A stretch of 64,000 nt of DNA from Lama guanicoe (Eukaryota), in the NCBI GenBank assembly GCA_013239625.1, contig MU055744.1:124001-188000 (forward strand), read 5' to 3'. Of the stretch, positions 57,511 through 64,000 are shown in pieces. Position 1 is the stretch's first letter; each line of letters starts with the position of its first letter. The position numbers and the translations under genes are program-made. The notes below the pieces were generated by a model. The model ran no database searches, was not told where the DNA came from, and saw nothing but the letters and a program-made list of their open reading frames with translations.

Positions 57511-59484
57511 GAGAACGTGGCAGCAGGAGTAGGTGATGGTTCAATGTAACCGAGTTTAAGTTCCTTACCAGTGGGGTCGGGAGTGGATGACAGGCCCCTT
57601 TGGAGGGGGCTCGGCGGCCCGTGATGCCCGAGGGAACGCGCGCCGGCCCTGGTCCCCTCTACCGTTACCGAAGGCCTCCCTTCCCATACCCCCCACGCTG
57701 TCCCATGGCCTCCCTCCCGGGCCCCCGCGCTGTGTCCGAGTCCCTCGCTCTCCCCCGCAGCCCCGTGCTGTCCTATGACTTTCCTCCCTCCCCCTTCCCC
57801 CATTGTGTCCGAAGATCTCCCCTGTCTCTCCGCCATTATTCCATGGTCTCCCCCGTTTCCGAAGCACTGCATCCTGCATCCCACCCACTCTGCACAATGA
57901 ACGAGGCAGCACTGGCTACATTCGAGTTCTATTTTCCTTGGTTCGAAAGCGCTCGCCCTCTGGAAGTAATCCCGGTCCAGGATCCTTCCTGGACCGCCGG
58001 CCCTCAGGCGTGGGGAGGAAGGCCGAGGCCCAGGGGCGAGGGGGCGCAGCGGCCAGGTTTGGGAGGCCGCGAAGGCCAGTGGGGCAAGCGGGGCACGTTG
58101 GCCTGTGCAAATGCGCGGAGCCGAGGCAGGCGCGCGGGCGTGTTGGGGAAGGGATGAGGGGAGATGGGCACGGGTGCAGTCGGGGGCGAGGACCGGGAAA
58201 GGAGGCAGGTGATTGGGGGGACGTCCGCAATTAAATTTAAATGGTGCCCCACTTGGCCCCGATGGGGGTTTGGGGGCTACAGGAGGGCCCTGGCGGGCGC
58301 CTGGCCTCACCCCCTCTGCAGGTCACTAACCATATTTGGAGCGCACCCCGGGGGAGGGCGGGATACGAGGGACACCGGAACTTGCGCTCCAGGGAACTGG
58401 AACCTGGCTGCAAGCCTCGCGTGTCCAGCCCTCACCACAGAGCGCGGCCAGGTCGCGCGGGCGCGCGCACGGGGGTGTTTATGCAATCATGCCCCCATCT
58501 CTCCGGATGGACCATCGCCCTGGCGGACTAGCTCGCTCCCTCGCCTGTTCCCATCTACGCTTCCTCCTCCCGGTTCCAAACTGGGAACGCCCCTCCTCTT
58601 TTGTCCTCTCTACTCCAGAGAATAGAGGCTCTCCTGGACGGCTTCCTCAGCCCCTCCCGCTCATCCATCCTTCACCTGCTTCCTGTCTCCCTGTGAGGTT
58701 AGGGCCTGCGCTGCCGTTTGCTCGCCCACCAGGTCTCAGCACTGGCCGGCGCCCCTACACATACCCTGTGCTTCCCCCGCCCAGGAACCCCTTCCTTCTG
58801 GCGGCGTGTCTTGTGCCTTGGCTGAAGACCCTCCCATGCCGAGTACCCCTTCACTGCCGCTAGCCCCAAACCCTGCAGCAGGGCGGGTAGCGCCGTCAAT
58901 GTGCGTGCTCAAGGTCTGGCACAGCGGGGGCCGGGAGAAACAAACCGCGGTTACACGCCGGCCCGGCCCACCAGTCTGGAGCATGCTCGTGACGCGAACA
59001 TACGGAGGCCAATCAGGGTGTCCTCTAGAGAGGAAAGGCCTCTGAGCAGGACGCATTCCAGACCACGGGAGGCGGGTGGGAGGGTGAGTTTAAAGGGACG
59101 GGATGAGGCTTTGGTCAACACGGGCTCCTGGACCAGGGCGAGCCAGGGTTGGGAAAGTTCCAGGGAGGCCCTGCAGATGGACAGGGGACGGACGAACCGG
59201 ATGTGTGCGGTGGGGTCTGCAGTAGTGACCCCTCTGCGTGAAGGCGGGGCGGAGCGGTCCTCAGACCCACCCCACCTCCCAGCGGGAAGCACCAAGCGGC
59301 CGAGGACCGGCCTCTGGGGAGGCCCGAGGGCGAGCTTAGGGAGAAAGGAAAGCTTGGGCGAGCCTTGGCGGGGTGCGGAATAATAGACGAGGGCTGGGAG
59401 GGAAAGGCGGGGCCTGTGGAGAACGCAAAGGGGCGGGACATGGGGGAGGCCTGGGGGACTCAAGGCGTGGCAGAGGCAGGGTTC

Positions 59485-59592
59485 TGGATGGACTGGGTGG
59501 GGTTCGGTGGGTGGGCCCTAGGTGGACTGGGCGGGGCTCAGGTGGACTGGATGGGGTTCAGGGTGGGCTCTGGGTGGACTGGGCGGGGCCAG
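59485..59592. repeat. Degenerate G-rich ~20-bp tandem repeat just after the AJM1 stop
   Basis: Repeated ggtggactgggcggggc / ggatggactgggtgggg units. Confidence 0.7.
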
Positions 59593-59607
59593 GACGCGCC
59601 CCCGGGT

Positions 59608-62565
<2,958 letters not shown>

Positions 62566-62662
62566 TCAGCCTTTTGGGGCTTTCGCCCTGGGGGAAGACG
62601 CGGGTCAGGGCAGCCCCTCTGCAGCCCAGGCCCCGCTAACCCCCAGCGCTGGCCCGGCTTAC

Positions 62663-62746
62663 CTGGGGCACAGTGGGCAGGGCAGCCCTGGCGCCGGGCC
62701 CTGGCCGAGGCCGCAGGCGCTTGTTCCATGCCGGCGTCAGAAGCAC
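62663..62746 (-). other. Probable AJM1 5' UTR exon (84 nt) followed by a 75-nt intron (62662-62588)
   Basis: Acceptor ttcctcctgcag|, donor CAG|GTAAGC, and downstream acceptor cgtcttcccccag| at 62587. Confidence 0.55.
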
Positions 62747-64000
62747 CTGCAGGAGGAACCCAGCTGTCCAGCCACTCAGATCCTGCCCCCGTATCCAGAC
62801 CATCCTTTCTGGGCCAGTTTCTGCTGGGATGAGGCAGGTGAGCCAGAAAGGGGATGTCACTGCAGTGGTTTCCGAGCTCCTGCACCCACTAGTGACCACT
62901 GGGCAGGTGTAGGTAGACATCTTTCTGGGAGGAAGAGTGGGAGTGTGGTCCCAGGACCACCACTGTGGTACCCACAGCTGGAATGACTGCTCATCTGGGA
63001 CCTTTACAGATTTCTTTATAGGTGTTGGCTCCATAAAGCCTGTAGGTGACCGAAGCCCCCTCCAGGCACCCAGTGCAGAGTGAGCCCTCCCTCCAATGGT
63101 GCAGTCTGAGGGCAGCCCCAGGCTCTACCCTTATCAGCTCTGCTCAGTCACCCGAGCCTCCCCTCTACCTGCTGACCAGGCTGGGCGTGGAATCCTCTCC
63201 CACACTGTGTCAAGCCCCAGTCCTGAGGCCCCAGGGGGCCCTGAGGTGGCCCCATCAGGTCCAGACATGGCATCTAAGCTCACAGACTTGCCTGCCCTAC
63301 TCTCAACTCTCCATGTGGCCCGGTCCAGAATGCATCCGAAGATCATACCTGGGCCCTCATGCCCCCCTTTCATTTGCAGAAACATTCTCTGACTCATCTT
63401 GGGGTGGTTGAAATCCACCAAGCTTTTTGGGGCTATCATGACAAACCCCAAGGAGAGACCCTCTCAGCTTTGCAGCCGGTGCACTACAGCCGGAAACCAG
63501 AACCCGGCTGTAGGACCACGTGGGGGCGTGTGAGCCGGAGCTCAAGGCTGCCCCTGGTTCCCTGAGCAGTGCACCAGGCCAGGAGTCTGCCAGCAGGGGA
63601 AGCAGGGCAGTGGGCGGGTAAAGCCCCCGCAGCCCACCCCTGATTCCCAGGAAGGCCCTCCCCACAGAAGCTCGGGAAGGCTCCATGGAAACCTGAGGTT
63701 CCACGCCCCCGCCTGCGGGCTGGGCTGGGATCCGCTCGTCCCAGCCAGGCTCACATTCAGACTTGGACCACCAGCTTCTCTGTGATGCCAGGAGCCTGGA
63801 GAGGCTGGGGAGGGGGGCTCAGTCAGTGGAAGCAGGGTCCCCTGTCCCTCCCACCGTCTAGGGGAGCATGCTCCAGGGTGAGATGGGGAAAGTGGAGAGC
63901 TGGACCCTCAGCTGGCAGGACCTCTGGTCTGGATGATCCTCCGTGTCCCAGGTGTGCAAGGGGCTTCCTGCTGGCAGGGCTGCCCTGCCCAATCAGGGCC

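Overview
Mammalian genomic DNA, very GC-rich, syntenic with human 9q34.3 but in reverse orientation. Gene order: last coding exon of FBXW5 (+), complete TRAF2 (-, 10 coding exons, 523 aa), EDF1 (+, 5 exons, 148 aa), MAMDC4/endotubin (-, 29 coding exons, 1217 aa), PHPT1 (-, 3 exons, 125 aa) and AJM1/C9orf172 (-, one coding exon, 975 aa). All exon chains were reconstructed by hand, have GT-AG boundaries and keep frame. tRNA-derived SINEs and the L1 3' end suggest a camelid (inference). Intergenic DNA is largely old L1, MaLR/ERV1 LTRs and a hAT relic, and there are two N gaps. I see no evidence of a wholly new multi-gene system. The best unexplained signals are: a compact L1 3' transduction inside an LTR; a decayed MER34-like env with PPT and LTR; a duplicated in-frame splice donor and a 22-aa longer linker in TRAF2; a triplicated ~100-bp TRAF2 promoter module; paired NF-kB sites; a 140-bp duplication and a look-alike second terminal exon in MAMDC4; and a spliced uORF ahead of AJM1. 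Orthologue and repeat-family comparisons are from memory, not from searches.
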